Positions 1 to 12,483 of a DNA stretch of 64,000 nucleotides are shown in pieces. Each line of letters starts with the position of its first letter. Within the stretch, counting starts at the first letter, position 1. A program made the translations under genes and the position numbers. The stretch is from assembly GCA_002633005.1 (NCBI GenBank), contig NMRA01000014.1, forward strand, positions 1,519,054 to 1,583,053, read 5' to 3'. Below the pieces are notes generated by a model. It saw only the letters and a program-made list of their open reading frames with translations. It was not told the DNA's origin and ran no database searches. Source of the DNA: Phoronis australis. Taxonomy: Eukaryota > Animalia > Phoronida.

Positions 1-65
1 ATTAGTAATGATCACCTTGACTACAGCATCCCCAGATGATCTCCATGACTACGTGTTTGTTGCAG

Positions 66-3000
66 CAAAAGACCAAAAGTAAGGTGAATGTGTTCTACTC
101 TACACCATCGTGTTACACATACGCCAAGAACAAGGCAGCCCTCAACTGGACGACCAAGGGTGATGACTTCTTCCCGTATGCTGAGAGTGCTCACAGTTTC
201 TGGACTGGTTACTTTACCAGTCGGTCCTCTCTCAAGTACTACACAAGAACTGTCAATGGCTTCTTTCAGGTGTGTCTTAAGTCAATACTACATTTGAGTG
301 ACCTTTCAGCACCCACTGCTTGTCTAAGCAACCACTGCTTTTGACAATTTTTTATTAAGCACCTACTGCTCATTGTGGGTAGACATTTTTGGTTAGATTT
401 GACGTATTGTAGCCACATAGTGGCCATTTTTCGATTATTTTTGAGTCGATTTTTGACGTCTATCTCTCTGTCTGACAAACCACTCTAAGGATCATTATGA
501 AAATGGACATAATTATGGGTTCTTACTAGAAAAAGCACATCTGATGATCTTTTGCAGTTGTCTGACGATAAGTTTTGAATGGTTCCGATTGCTATGATGT
601 CCTCTTGTGACAATTTAGTTTTGCCTGTGGCTCAAAACAAGTTTCCCACTTCTGCTCTTGGGACAGAGGTTTTCTGATATTTTCTGTATGAACTTTCTTT
701 GGTGGCTATGAATGTTGTCTCCAGAACACTGTAACAACTTAATGTGACAATTTTACAGGCCATAAAACAGATGGATGTACTGGCTGAACTAGGACCTTTG
801 CATGACAGTGATAAAAAGTTGGATGCTTTAAGTATGTAGAGCCCAGATGAACCACTAACATTTCATGTGCGACTAATTGCTTGATTTCTGAGCAATGGCT
901 TTGTTCATATTTGCTGAATTACCTGCTTCGTCTTCTGTATATCAGTTCAGTGATATGCTCAGTTTTCAAATTAATGCCCACCAGCTTTTGAATTAGGTCT
1001 CTTATCTCCATGAAACTTGACCTCTTTTGTCTATATCCTTATTGAATGGAAATTCTGTGATTTATGGACATTTTGTCAACATCAGAACCTAAAACGACTC
1101 ATTACATAACTGGATACAATTTTGTGAAAAAATCGTTAAACAAAATTAGCCTCATGCATCAATCATATTGAATATTGTAGTCAGGCTACAAAAACAAAGA
1201 CTTCACAGAGGAAGTTGCTTGAATATCACTTTTTATTAATTTGTAAAAATCTTTTGTGTATAATTCCTATGGATCCTTGGAGTATTGCTTACTTCGTTAT
1301 AGTTGAAGTGTGCGTGTCACACTTTGGGACAATGACTCTGTATATTTTGGTCCTGGGTTTGTCACCCACTTTCACCCAATAGTGCTTGATCATTGTGTTT
1401 TCTATAAATTTAGTGTCACTCATAGGGTAACCATGAAATCTGAAATGCATTGGGGGGGGGGGGGGGTNNNNNNNNNNNGTATTAACTGGGAACTTGAATG
1501 TGACTGGTTCTTAGATTGATATTGAAAGTTTGGGAAAACTGTGTTTGTGAAGAAGGAAAGTAATTCCAGCCCTGGGACTATGTGTGTTCACAACCTGCTA
1601 CAGTGTTTTAATCTCCACGTTAGTGATTCAAGCACGCCAACTAATACTTTGTGTCACTGAACAGATTCTAACACATACAGTAAACTAATAGTCCTGGAGT
1701 TCCTAAGGCTATATTCCACAATAATTAGACTGGCAAGAACTGACATACAGGTACAACCTCTGTACAGCTTTGAGAAACGGAGGCTTTACCATGAATTATT
1801 GTATTCTAACTTCCAGTTTGAGAATGCTTTAGATTCGAATGTTTGAATTTTTACAAAAAGTGTCATCCTATCATCTGTAAGTAATTTCAGCTTCTAACAT
1901 TTTACAAAACGTCAAAAATTCACTGAATTTTCTTTTAATAATGGAAGGCATCCTAGTTTTTGGTTGTTCAATGTAATGTATGTGTTAAATGTGGCCGACT
2001 CGGGTCCTCTTGATTTGCAGTGCATTTGAAAGTGTTCAAAGTTCCTAGTCAAGTTGTACAAGAGGATTCTATGGTGACCCTATCATAAGACTAACTGGCT
2101 GTTATATATGTCTGAAAATGTGCTGTGTGTGTTTCATTGTGACAGTTACAAGTTGAAAGTTTTGTACGAGGTGTGCATGACATGTTACAGGACGAGCCAT
2201 GGGAGTGCTACAGCACCACGACGCTGTGAGTGGGACAGAGCGTCAAGATGTGGCGTATGACTACGCCCAGCGACTTGCGCGTGGAGTCTATGAGGCTCAG
2301 GTAGGCAAGGTCAAGGTCATGTGTAGGTGATCAATTGTGTGGCATCATCATAAGGGTATGCATAATTTGACTTGTGATGTGCGTGAATTATGATTAATAC
2401 ACTGTGTTGTACCATAGACCTGGTGTAATATGGATGGTCCTGTTAATGGAAGTCACATTTCTGCATTGCATGTTAATTTCCTTTGGTACAATACATTAAT
2501 GAGTCATATTAACAAAATGTCTGATTGTTTTTCTTTATGCAGTTTGTTTTTTATTGATGGTAGGGTGAACATTGTTTATTTAGAATATTTAGTATCCATT
2601 CTTTGTATTTTCCTGTTGCACATTTGTAGGAGGTGGTACAGGATGTGTATAACAAGTTGATGCCAGCTGCCAACAGGAGCACCACTGTACCTACCATGTT
2701 CTTCTGTACCTTACTCAACATCAGCAAGTGTGCTCTAACTGAGAATAGCAAACAGGTACCATAGCATAAATCACGATTAGGTGTATTTGAAACATCTTTT
2801 TAAAATATCTTTTGAGTGAAACTTGACATATCCTTGATGCAAGTGGGGATTTTGATATTCAAGAAAACAAACTTACTATTAAATCAAAAGAATGAACAAA
2901 TGACACGCAGAAAACAGACAATTTAATAAATTCAATGTGCTAATCAATGAAATATAAATAGATGAGCCTGACATGTCATGCACAAGGGATAGTCACCTGA

Positions 3001-6000
3001 GTGTGCCTTTAAATCAAGAGTAGATAGATATGCCTGACATGTCATGGGCACCAACTGTTTCACTGACTTTTCTGGTGTTCAAAGTTTAAGTAATATACAT
3101 TGTATTGTGCAGTTGCTAAGATTGTAACATCCACTTGAACATGGAAATGTCCATGTTTTAGACCATAATCCATTAATTTGATCTCTCATTCACAGTTCCA
3201 GATAACTCTGTACAATTCAATTGGACAACAGGTGTCACACTGGGTTCGTCTCCCGGTCACAGGCTCCATGTACAATGTACTCGGGCCTGACTTGAAACCA
3301 GTGAAGACTCAGGCAAGGTTTTATGACTATATTTGTTGGGTTACAATAAGTGTTGTGGTTGTTATTAAGACATTTATGTCAAGTTGTGTATTTTTTAGAA
3401 ATATCTAGCTTGCATTTACCTTAACTAGGGGTTGACTCCTTTCTATACCACACTGTTATTCTTTTTCATAATACAGATGACATTTTAAATCTTAATATTC
3501 AGTTGGTGCCGTAAAGTTTCGGCAATTTCGAACAAAAATTATTACCAAAATAACCCTTTTTTAATTTTCCTAAAGCTTTTAATATTCTTTTGAATGTCCA
3601 CAATTTCTCAGAAACATTGTCTGACTGTAGGTATGACATAGACCTTTAAAATGATACAGCATTTATTTGGTGGTTTCGATCTTTTATTACCAAATATAAG
3701 CATAACATTTCACTTGTCATCCATATTGTGTCCTAAATTGGTGAGAGGTTACGATGGTGCATATTTTCTGACACACTCAATAAGTTTGAAATTTGGTTGT
3801 TCTCTAAGTGTTTAATTTTAAATTTTTTAGGTTGTTCCTATTTCACCATCAACACTCGCCATACCAGAACGAAATGGAAGTCTAGCAAAAAACGAGCTAT
3901 TATTCCAGGCAGTGCTGCCACCTCTTGGCTTCAGCACATACTTTGTGACACCATCCAAATCTGGCGATGCTGTAAAACCGGAAGTGAGAGTGAAGGGAGA
4001 GCATGTGATGAAAAATGCGGTAATGAGGGGTGTTGTGAAATTTTGAACATTTTGTATTTCTGTATTATTGTACTACACACTTGATACAAAGGCTCGTGCT
4101 TCTTGATCCTAGATTGTGCGAGTTATAGGTAATAATCACTTACAAAGGTCCCACATTTTGAGAACCAGTTTTCTCCACTGAATAACAAGCATCAAACTTG
4201 TTCCCAAAATGTGGGACCTCTGTTTATGACTATTCCCAATTTTTGCAATTCCCATTTTACATGAAAGATTTTGAAAGAGAAGTTATGAAGAGCAGATTTC
4301 TGAAGTATCCTGTGCAGAGGTAATTGAAATGTTAACAAGGAATGTCTCTGTTTATTGCATGTAGTACCTGTCTGTACGATTTGGGAGTGATGGCATGCTG
4401 AAATCTGTGGACAACCTGGACAGTGGTGTCAGCCTGGGCATCTCACAGAGACTTCAGTATTACAACAGCTATGTTGGCAACAACAGTTTAAACTACCGGT
4501 CATCAGGAGCATATATATTCCGACCCAAGAGTAACACACCTGTAGATATCTCTTCAGTAGCCAAGGTGTCTGTTGTGGAGGTAGGACATCTAGACTCTCT
4601 CTGTTGTTTTTGCTTTGAATGATAATCAAGGTTTCTTGCAACGTACTGAGTTGCTATTTGCTAAAGCTCTCGATAGAGTAAATTCCTCTCAAATTCAAGC
4701 AAAAATAATTCCTAAAATTGTCATTTTTGCATTTTTAAAAGCTCATTTCATTGTTAGAAATGCTTGGATTAGTTTCATTGTGTGTTTTTTGATAACAGTG
4801 GTAATCTTTGCAAGTAGCAAAGTCTTCTTTCTGTTTATTTTGATAAAATTTCATGGTTCGGCATTATCGTATTCTAGGTAGAAGAAGCTTTAATGTATAG
4901 GCATTTTAATGTAAACATTCAAATAAACACACGTCAGAAAAATCAGAAACCCCAATTAGGAATCGAACCACAGGCCTCTAGATTGCTGGTCAAGAGTTCT
5001 TACCACTGAGCTACTGAGGAGCCCATATCTGTGCAATTACTGTTTGCAGCCAGCTGTTATGTCATCCATCCCATGTTTGTGTGCTATTTACTTCACTTCA
5101 CTACTATCCTCTTTATTTAAGATGTATCATTTCCTAATGAATAAGAGGGTTATTCCTACTTCATACACTTCAATAATTGTTCGTGAGCTCATTTGTGTTA
5201 CTAGTTACGAAGTAATTAATAATACCTTGATTTAATCTCCCCAGGGTCCACTTGTACAAGAAGTCCGTCAAAACCTTGGCCCCTGGGCCAGCCAAGTGTT
5301 CCGACTGTACAAAGGTGAGCGATACGCTGAAGTGGAGTGGACCGTGGGACCAATTCCCATCCCGTAAGTAGCACATCCACCGTCTCATTTATCAGAATGT
5401 ATCGCTATTTCTTGCTATATTGACAGTTGGTGTGTTAGAGTTGGCGAGCAGTTCTTGACAAAACTCGTACTATACCGATGATGGTAATGGCAATTTGATA
5501 ACGATACTGAATACTCTCACTAAATTAAATTGAATAAACTCGGAACATATTTTTATACTCTTATAGCTGGTGACCTGATTTTGCAGTACGAACTTTAAAA
5601 TTAGCGCGTATGTAGACATCGACATATTGATCGGCCTTTCAATTCATTCACTATATACCATTCTCAAGACAAAAGTTCACATTATTCAATCAGGTGAGGC
5701 AGATGGAGAACACACTGTGCACTAGATACACGTCAAAATGCATTCAGTACACATGTTTTGGCCAAAAACAAATCTGATTTTGCAGCTGTTCATTTGTTAT
5801 ACTCCACTACCTTTAAAAGTTACATTTTGGTTTTACTTTCTTATTAAAGAAGAAAGCAATCGTTTCTTATGACATTTGTTAATTACTGTTTCCTTATCGT
5901 GTCTACTCCATGGAGCATAATGTCCTACTTCCTCAGTTCAGTGTCCCTGTGTAACTGGAATCTGTCAAGAAACTTTGCAATCATGTACTTGTGGCAAAGG

Positions 6001-9000
6001 AATTTAAATTGACCAAATATTAATCTTGTTTAGGGACAACAAAACTGGCAAAGAAGTGATCAGCTTCTATGAAAGTGGTATTTACAACCCTCATGGTGTG
6101 TTTTATACGGATTCCAATGGACGGCAGATACTAAAACGACAGTAAGTCCCTATTGTTAGTGAGTGAATATTAATTTCTTTTTAGTTCACTAGTTATTGGT
6201 AAATTAGTGTGAAAGATACTAGACTAAGCCTAATTAGTTCAGTTGAGTCACTTTGTAGCTGTTCTTCTGTCGTTCCTCCACTTCTTCAAAGTGCTCGTAC
6301 GCACTCATTTTTGGTCCAAAAATATGTCAGTATAATGCACCCCTAAAATAATCAGAGAACATGATCCAGCTACTTCCACATCGTGGTGACTGAGTGCATG
6401 CAGAATTCTCTATCATGTCCTTCTAGTGCAGGTGGAATTCTCCGTCGGAGTTGCTGAAATGTCTGGTCATGCGGGGAAATGCATTTTGTGTGATTGCTCT
6501 TGGTGTGTACTGTACATCAGAAAAATATTCTTTTTCAGAAATCAAATGTTTTTTTGTGCTGCACACACAATAAATTTGCTGCACACATGTTTGTGCTGCA
6601 CACATATATTTGTGTTACACACAATAATTGTGCTGCACACAATATATTTGTGCTGCACACATATATTTGTGTTACACACAATAATTGTGCTGCACACAAT
6701 ATATTTGTGCTGCACACATATATTTGTGTTACACACAATAATTGTGCTGCACACAATATATTTGTGCTGCACACAGTATTTGTGTCGTGCACAATAATTG
6801 TGCTGCACACATGTGTGCTGTGCACATATTTTACTGCACTTGAGCAACAAGAAACAATTAAAATGGCCATACAACAACAATCTGTCCAAGAAGTGAACTT
6901 TTTGATTAGACCACTCGTCGCTGGAAAATAAGCTTCAACTTGTTCCTTACTCTGACAGTTGAAAAGTGATTTCTGGGTTTACAAAGAAGTAACGGTTATT
7001 TATTGAGATCATGCTCGTCACATAAAACGACCCGTTGTGACAAGCCACTGAGCATAGCCTGGTCTCAAGCAATGATAAAATGTCAGTTCGTTTGAAGCCT
7101 CAGTGTCAATTTTATAACCATAAATGGTCTGAATCAAAAGTTCTTTTTGTGACGTGAGGCTGGTTAACTGCATTTAATTTCTACTGCCATCTTCACAGTT
7201 GTGTTGTGCCATCGATCATCAACTGCTTTACTGTTTTTGATATTTCAGAGTGAATCACAGAAGCACATGGCAACTGAATCAAACGGAAGAAGTAGCTGGT
7301 AACTATTACCCTATCAACTCTATCGTGTATCTACGTAGCACCATCAACAATGCACAATTTATGGTCCTCACTGATCGGGCTCAAGGTGCAGGATGTAACT
7401 TCAGACAACCTGGCACTGGCACAATGGAAATTATGGTACGGGTTTGTTTAACAAAGTTCACTTTCCTATTTCTTGCATACAATTTTCCTCTTGTTCCTAT
7501 TTTGATTAAATATTTTCCATGATCTAAGGTAGCTCATAAGTTCAACAAGTTCTTAAAAGTATGTCGTTGCTGATCTTCTGTAAAAGGAACGCCGTATTCA
7601 TAAGCATGAGTCGCTGAAGACCCAATCACTGAAGACCAGTTGATTTACAGTTGTTTGTCACTGGATTAAGGTTATTGGAATTGACCTATCGCCAGGATTT
7701 TGAGTGACTGCTTAACTGACCAATCTGAACGCAACATTCTTGACACACCTTCATTTTCAAGCTGTCATTTTACCTGTCAAACAACACGTCGTCAGGTAAA
7801 ACTTATTGTTTGTTTGTCGACTTTAGGCAAGTGGGCGGAGCTTGCGATAGGTCAATTCCATAACAACCATTAGGTAGCAACATTGTGTATTACAGATTCA
7901 GCGTCGGGTGCTCCATGATGATGCTTTGGGTGTCAATCAAGCTTTAAATGAAACTGGCAGTGATGGCAGGGGTATTATTGTCAGAGGTATGGTAGAGCTT
8001 TGGTTATGTGTGTAGACTTGTTGAAGATGCAGTTAAACAGGTTTTTTAATTGTCTGTTAGATGCTATTATGTAGAAAAGACAATATTCACGAAAAATTTA
8101 TTGTCTAGTATTTCTGTTGATCCACTGGCATTTTGTAGATGAATTGCTGAACAAGACATTCCTCAGTGGTAGATGTTTTATTTATTGTGTAATTTTGATC
8201 AGAAAGTAATAGAATAAGGAAATCCCTGGGAGTTTGAGAGGAAGAATTGAAATCTCCATAATTTATAGTGTTCTTTTTGAAGTTGACGGTTACTTTCTGG
8301 TCAGTTTTCAAAGCCATAACCTGGTGTCCTCATTACTTTCTTTTTATGTTAGGAAAACATTATTTGTTGGTGGAGAAAGTGGAGACTGCGGCAAGGCATC
8401 ACAGGGATCTCGCATTAAGGATTTTCAAAAGGCCTTTGACAGCATTCTCCAACAGCACACTGACTGCAGCTGATTGGGTCAAGAACTTCAAAGCCTCTGT
8501 ATGTCTATTTAGTGTTTTGGGTCACGTCTATTTAGGGATGATCCCTTAAAGAGTTATGCAAATAAATCCATTTTACTGGTACTTACAAAAAAAGTTTTAA
8601 CTGTCGTGATCTTTTTTGTTTCACCATTAGTCTTTAAAATCATGTATCTCCATTCTGTTTACAACATGTGTAGAAACTAAGGTATTGCCTCTAAGAAGTT
8701 TTGTTTTGCACAAAGCTCCAATTTTATTTCAGTGGAATGGTCTGACCAGAGCCCTTCCTGCCAATGTTAATCTTCTCACTCTGGAGCACCTTCATGGCCG
8801 TAACATACTGTTGCGACTAGAACATATGTATCAGAAGAACGAAGATTCACAACTATCTCAGCCAGCCACTGTTTCTTTAAAGGTGTGTTTAAAATGACCC
8901 TTTCCACCGATTATTTAATCCCCACACAGTACTAGTCAGGACTGGATTCCATAGACCCAAGGAGCTTCCCAGATCACGCCAAACCGCACAAGTCATTACC

Positions 9001-10738
9001 ATGCATTGCAGACAAAGCACATAATCACATTAGCTTTACTCGCCAAACCTTCGCATTTATGGCATGCAGTCCAGGTCATGTCACGAGCACAGATTTCAAA
9101 TTGCATTTAACAAAAGTGACCAATCAAGCCATACAAACGATCCGTGAATCCACTCACTTCATGATGCTCATCGTATAAGATTAGAGAAGCAAACTTGCCA
9201 GAAGTTAAAAACATCTAAAAGGGTGTCGTCCCATACCAAGAGCCAAAAGATGGTGCTGCATGTGGCTATACATAAGGAAGGAAGATGCAGGTTGTCAGTG
9301 GGATAGGGGAATTTATTTTAAGATTATAAAAACGTTTGACCAGCATAAAGAAGGCAGCCAACATGACGCATCAGATGGACATTTTTGTAGAATATCGTAT
9401 TACTATGTAGCGTAGTTATATATTCCTGTGAATAATTCTCTTGGCACTTCATAAGTCTTCAATATAAACCTGGTGTTTTCATTATCTCCAGTTGGTCATA
9501 TAATACTTCATATATGAGAACTGAGTTGATCGAACTGTCTTCACTAAAAATAATAAGTTGATTGATTGATTGATAATGTCATGCTATATCAAAAAGTAAT
9601 GCCATGCTATTTCATAATCACACACAAGGTGTTACTCTGTGGTATACGATGCATTGAAATGTGATGCAATGCAGTAACAGCTACAGTCATCATGGCGTGT
9701 TATGCTTGAAAACTTCTGAAGACGCATCTACACAGAGCTCGATGATTTTCATTTGACTGTCTTATGTTCTGAGACTCCTGTTGTTTATTGCTGGTGTTTC
9801 TGGTGTTTCTGCACTTCCATTCATCTGCAAACATTCCCTACATGTTCTTTACGTGTCTACTAGTAACTGGTTTTACTGTTTCAGGGCCTGTTTGCTCCAA
9901 TCCAAGTAGCAAATGTGACTGAGTTGACTCTTGGTGCAAACCAGCAGTTGAAGGACATGCAGCGACTCCAGTGGACCTATCCGACCAGCTCAGCCAGTAA
10001 GAGCATCTTGGAATTATTTCTGTTAGGCCTATAGCAAATGTCTGGGTGATATTGAACTGAATAGCAGCTATGCATTTTACTCTGTTTTCAAATATTCAAC
10101 ATTCAAAATCTATTACTGGCGCTCAGGGGATCTATCACAAAGGCCGTTTCGTGCCTCTTTTCACTGGAAGTATCACCTGTGTTGCTTCTTACCCTCAAGC
10201 TGCAGTCTTAAACATGGAGACAGGTCTGTTATACTTACCATAGTCCATTGATTATGAAGATAAAAAGTTAAACAAAGTCAACATTTTCAGTGTCTTGGGG
10301 TTGCTGTTTCTCACACAGTTGTGCTGATAGTATATACCCCTTGTTAATGCTGAATTGTGCATAAATCTCACATGTTAAATGTTTACTGGATATACCTCTT
10401 GATGGTAATGAAGGGTTGTGGATAAATGTCACAAAAAGTCATGCTGTAGTATGCTTATAGTATATAATATACCTCTTTGTGGTAAAATGAAGAATTATTG
10501 TACATTTTTGATCTCTTTGCAGATTGTGAATCTATTGCAGCTCAAGGTTGTGTGCTTTAGAGCCCATTGTTTCTTGTCACCAGTAGAATTCTTATTCTCT
10601 GTCGTTTCTGTTTCATGCATCGTTCTTTGTTTGATTGTTACAGAGTTGCAATATCACAACCTTGAGTTGAATGATGAGCTGGACATCAAGCTGACTCCCA
10701 TGCAGATCAGGACATTTGAGGTCACCCTTCAACATTAG
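66..10738 (+). CDS. MAN2B1: Lysosomal alpha-mannosidase (GH38), 3' 15 exons; the 5' exons lie upstream of the window
   Basis: Exons 66-269, 759-831, 2191-2300, 2630-2755, 3196-3312, 3831-4019, 4365-4580, 5245-5363, 6034-6141, 7249-7435, 7896-7986, 8353-8498, 8733-8882, 9885-9996, 10644-10738. All phases match; total 2043 nt (681 codons including TAG). GH38 motifs: [77 protein letters not shown]. Confidence 0.95.
4146..4219. repeat. Short hairpin or MITE remnant with ~26-bp imperfect inverted arms
   Basis: aggtcccacattttgagaaccagttt ... aaacttgttcccaaaatgtgggacct. Confidence 0.7.
4948..5020 (-). mobile_element. tRNA-derived SINE head or tRNA pseudogene (Ala-AGC-like loop)
   Basis: Minus strand reads tcctcagTAGCTCAGTGGTaagaactcttgaccagcaatctagaggcctgtGGTTCGATTCCtaattgggg. 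Pol III A and B boxes are at tRNA spacing, but the acceptor and anticodon stems pair poorly. Confidence 0.7.
5585..5670 (+). repeat. Dispersed repeat copy, also present at ~20970-21065
   Basis: agtacgaactttaaaattagcgcgtatgtagacatcgacatattgatcg here vs agtacgaactttaaaactagcgcatatgtaaacaactacatattgatcg near 20970. Confidence 0.7.
6555..6830. repeat. Intronic minisatellite: 57-bp unit built from three ~19-bp gtgctgcacaca-type subunits
   Basis: About 3.5 near-perfect 57-bp units plus decayed edges; explains the 19-aa periodic spurious ORFs. Confidence 0.92.
7673..7863. mobile_element. MITE with 17-bp terminal inverted repeats
   Basis: tggaattgacctatcgc (7676-7692) and gcgataggtcaattcca (7844-7860); ends ~35 bp before the acceptor at 7895. 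Confidence 0.7.
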
Positions 10739-10995
10739 AATTGGCTGTGCAATCATGATATTTGAAGTCACATTTCAAGAGAGATGTCAAAAACTCGAGG
10801 TCACTCAAGGATGTCAGAACATTTGAAGTTACTCTTGGCAGTATTATTGAGTCATTTTTGGTCATTCTTCATCAGGGATATCGGGGCATTTGAGCTCTCT
10901 GTTCAATGGTAGGATCTTGATATCTGAGGCCTCTCTTCATTAGAGATATCAGGGTTGTTGATATCTGGGATCACTCTTCAACAGAGATATCAGGG
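10706..10995 (+). repeat. Degenerate ~33-bp tandem array derived from the last codons of the mannosidase
   Basis: Coding atcaggacatttgaggtcacccttcaaca is echoed by atcatgatatttgaagtcacatttcaaga, gtcagaacatttgaagttactcttggca, atcggggcatttgagctctctgttcaat, atcttgatatctgaggcctctcttcatt and ttgatatctgggatcactcttcaaca. Confidence 0.7.
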
Positions 10996-11889
10996 CCATG
11001 TAGTTGTGGCTTTTTGAGTCATGGAGGTCAAAGCCATTAATCCTTTGGAAAGACAGTTTTGTGCGTTAGCATCTCACCTAATACTTTATCAAGCCTCTAC
11101 AGTTCTATTTAGACAAATCTGCTTTGGTGTGGAAATCATTCTGTAGGCAAGTTAGCATGCCGGTTTTACACTATGGATTGCTTCTCTCAGTAGGCTCACC
11201 CATGCAAATGTGAAGCTGGGAATTTTGACTTGGACTGATTCTTACTGTGTTGTTGTGGCTTTGCATTCTATCAAGCTTTCCAAGAGTGGGTTGTAAATTT
11301 GGCATTGTGTAGTATGACATTCTTATCTCCTACAGAATATCAGTCATCTGATACAGCTGATTGTAGTTATTTAACATACAGTAGTAGGCATTCTTTTGAA
11401 TGAGTAATGCATTAAGTCTTATTGGAGTATAAATGTATCTTAAACCATGTAGATATTCTAGATACAGGGGTTAGGCCACCAGCGTCCAGTTGAATATGGT
11501 GAAAGCATTTTTAAGCACATCAACGTAAGTGGGTTCTTATTGGCGTCCATTCAACACGCCTTGCAGCATATTCATGAATTTGCAGTATTGTGTTCCCTTA
11601 AAGGGGACGTTGGATCATGATTGCCATGTCACCTCATGAGGATTTTATTCATTTGTGTTTGTTTTCATATCAGACAAATCCCTCTGTGTATCTTTGTGAA
11701 ACTTGACAAATATACTACTAAAATAGAGAGGGAGTCCTATGATAATTTTTCTGTTATGTTTTGCACCGCCTTGTGGCATTAGTAGTATTTTGGCGTCATA
11801 CACTCTGGCAAGTGGTTTGAATGATCATGAAATTTCAGCAATGTATTCCTCCTGAAAAGAGCATGATTGACATTTATCCTCAGGCGGCT

Positions 11890-12144
11890 CCAAGTATTGC
11901 TTTGTTCCCTAGTAACAGTAACCAAGTATTGCTTAGCTCCCTAGTAACAGTAACCAAATATTGCTTTGTTCCCTAGTGACAGTAACCAAGTATTGCTTTG
12001 TTCCCTAGTAACAGTAATGAAGTATTGCTTTGCTCCCTAGTGACAGTAACCAAGTATTGCTTTGTTCCCTGGTGACAGTAACCAAGTATTGCTTTGTTCC
12101 CTAGTGACAGTAACCAAGTATTGCTTTGTTCCCTAGTAACAGTA
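11890..12144. repeat. 32-bp minisatellite, about 8 copies
   Basis: Unit ccaagtattgctttgttccctagt(a/g)acagtaa, head-to-tail with no spacers. Confidence 0.95.
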
Positions 12145-12477
12145 TTTTTGCACTTGCCTCTTCACCTACCAAGTTCTATGAAGGATGATAGTAAATTTTG
12201 TGTGTTTTTATGAAACGATAATGGCTGACTATTGCTATGCCTCCTAGTGGCAATTCTGGTTTTTCGCCTCTTTCAACATATACCAAAATCTGTTGGTGAC
12301 AGGGATCATCCTGAAATATGACATGACCACTGCTTTGCATCTTGCCGATTTTCAGTAAATGCTCACTGTGGGTGCATATCAGCCACTGTTCTGGTATGCT
12401 CCTTTTAAATTGTGTTTGTATGAGCCATTAAATGGCACTGATGCTCTTTTTAAAGCTTGTTTTTGAACAATTGAAAA

Positions 12478-12483
12478 AATAAA
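12478..12483 (+). terminator. Candidate poly(A) signal of the mannosidase
   Basis: AATAAA followed by a GT/T-rich tract (tgtgtcatgtttttgatttgtg). Confidence 0.35.

Noticed and set aside
4948-5020. Functional tRNA gene
   Set aside because: Acceptor and anticodon stems are mismatched; better explained as a SINE head
6423-6931. Overlapping Cys/His-rich ORFs on both strands
   Set aside because: By-products of a stop-free 57-bp minisatellite inside an intron
10736-10765. Stop-codon read-through into the C-terminal echo repeats
   Set aside because: The first echo is out of frame and a TGA follows nine codons after the TAG
11890-12144. CRISPR-like array of 32-bp repeats
   Set aside because: Units are head-to-tail with no unique spacers, there are no cas genes, and the context is eukaryotic
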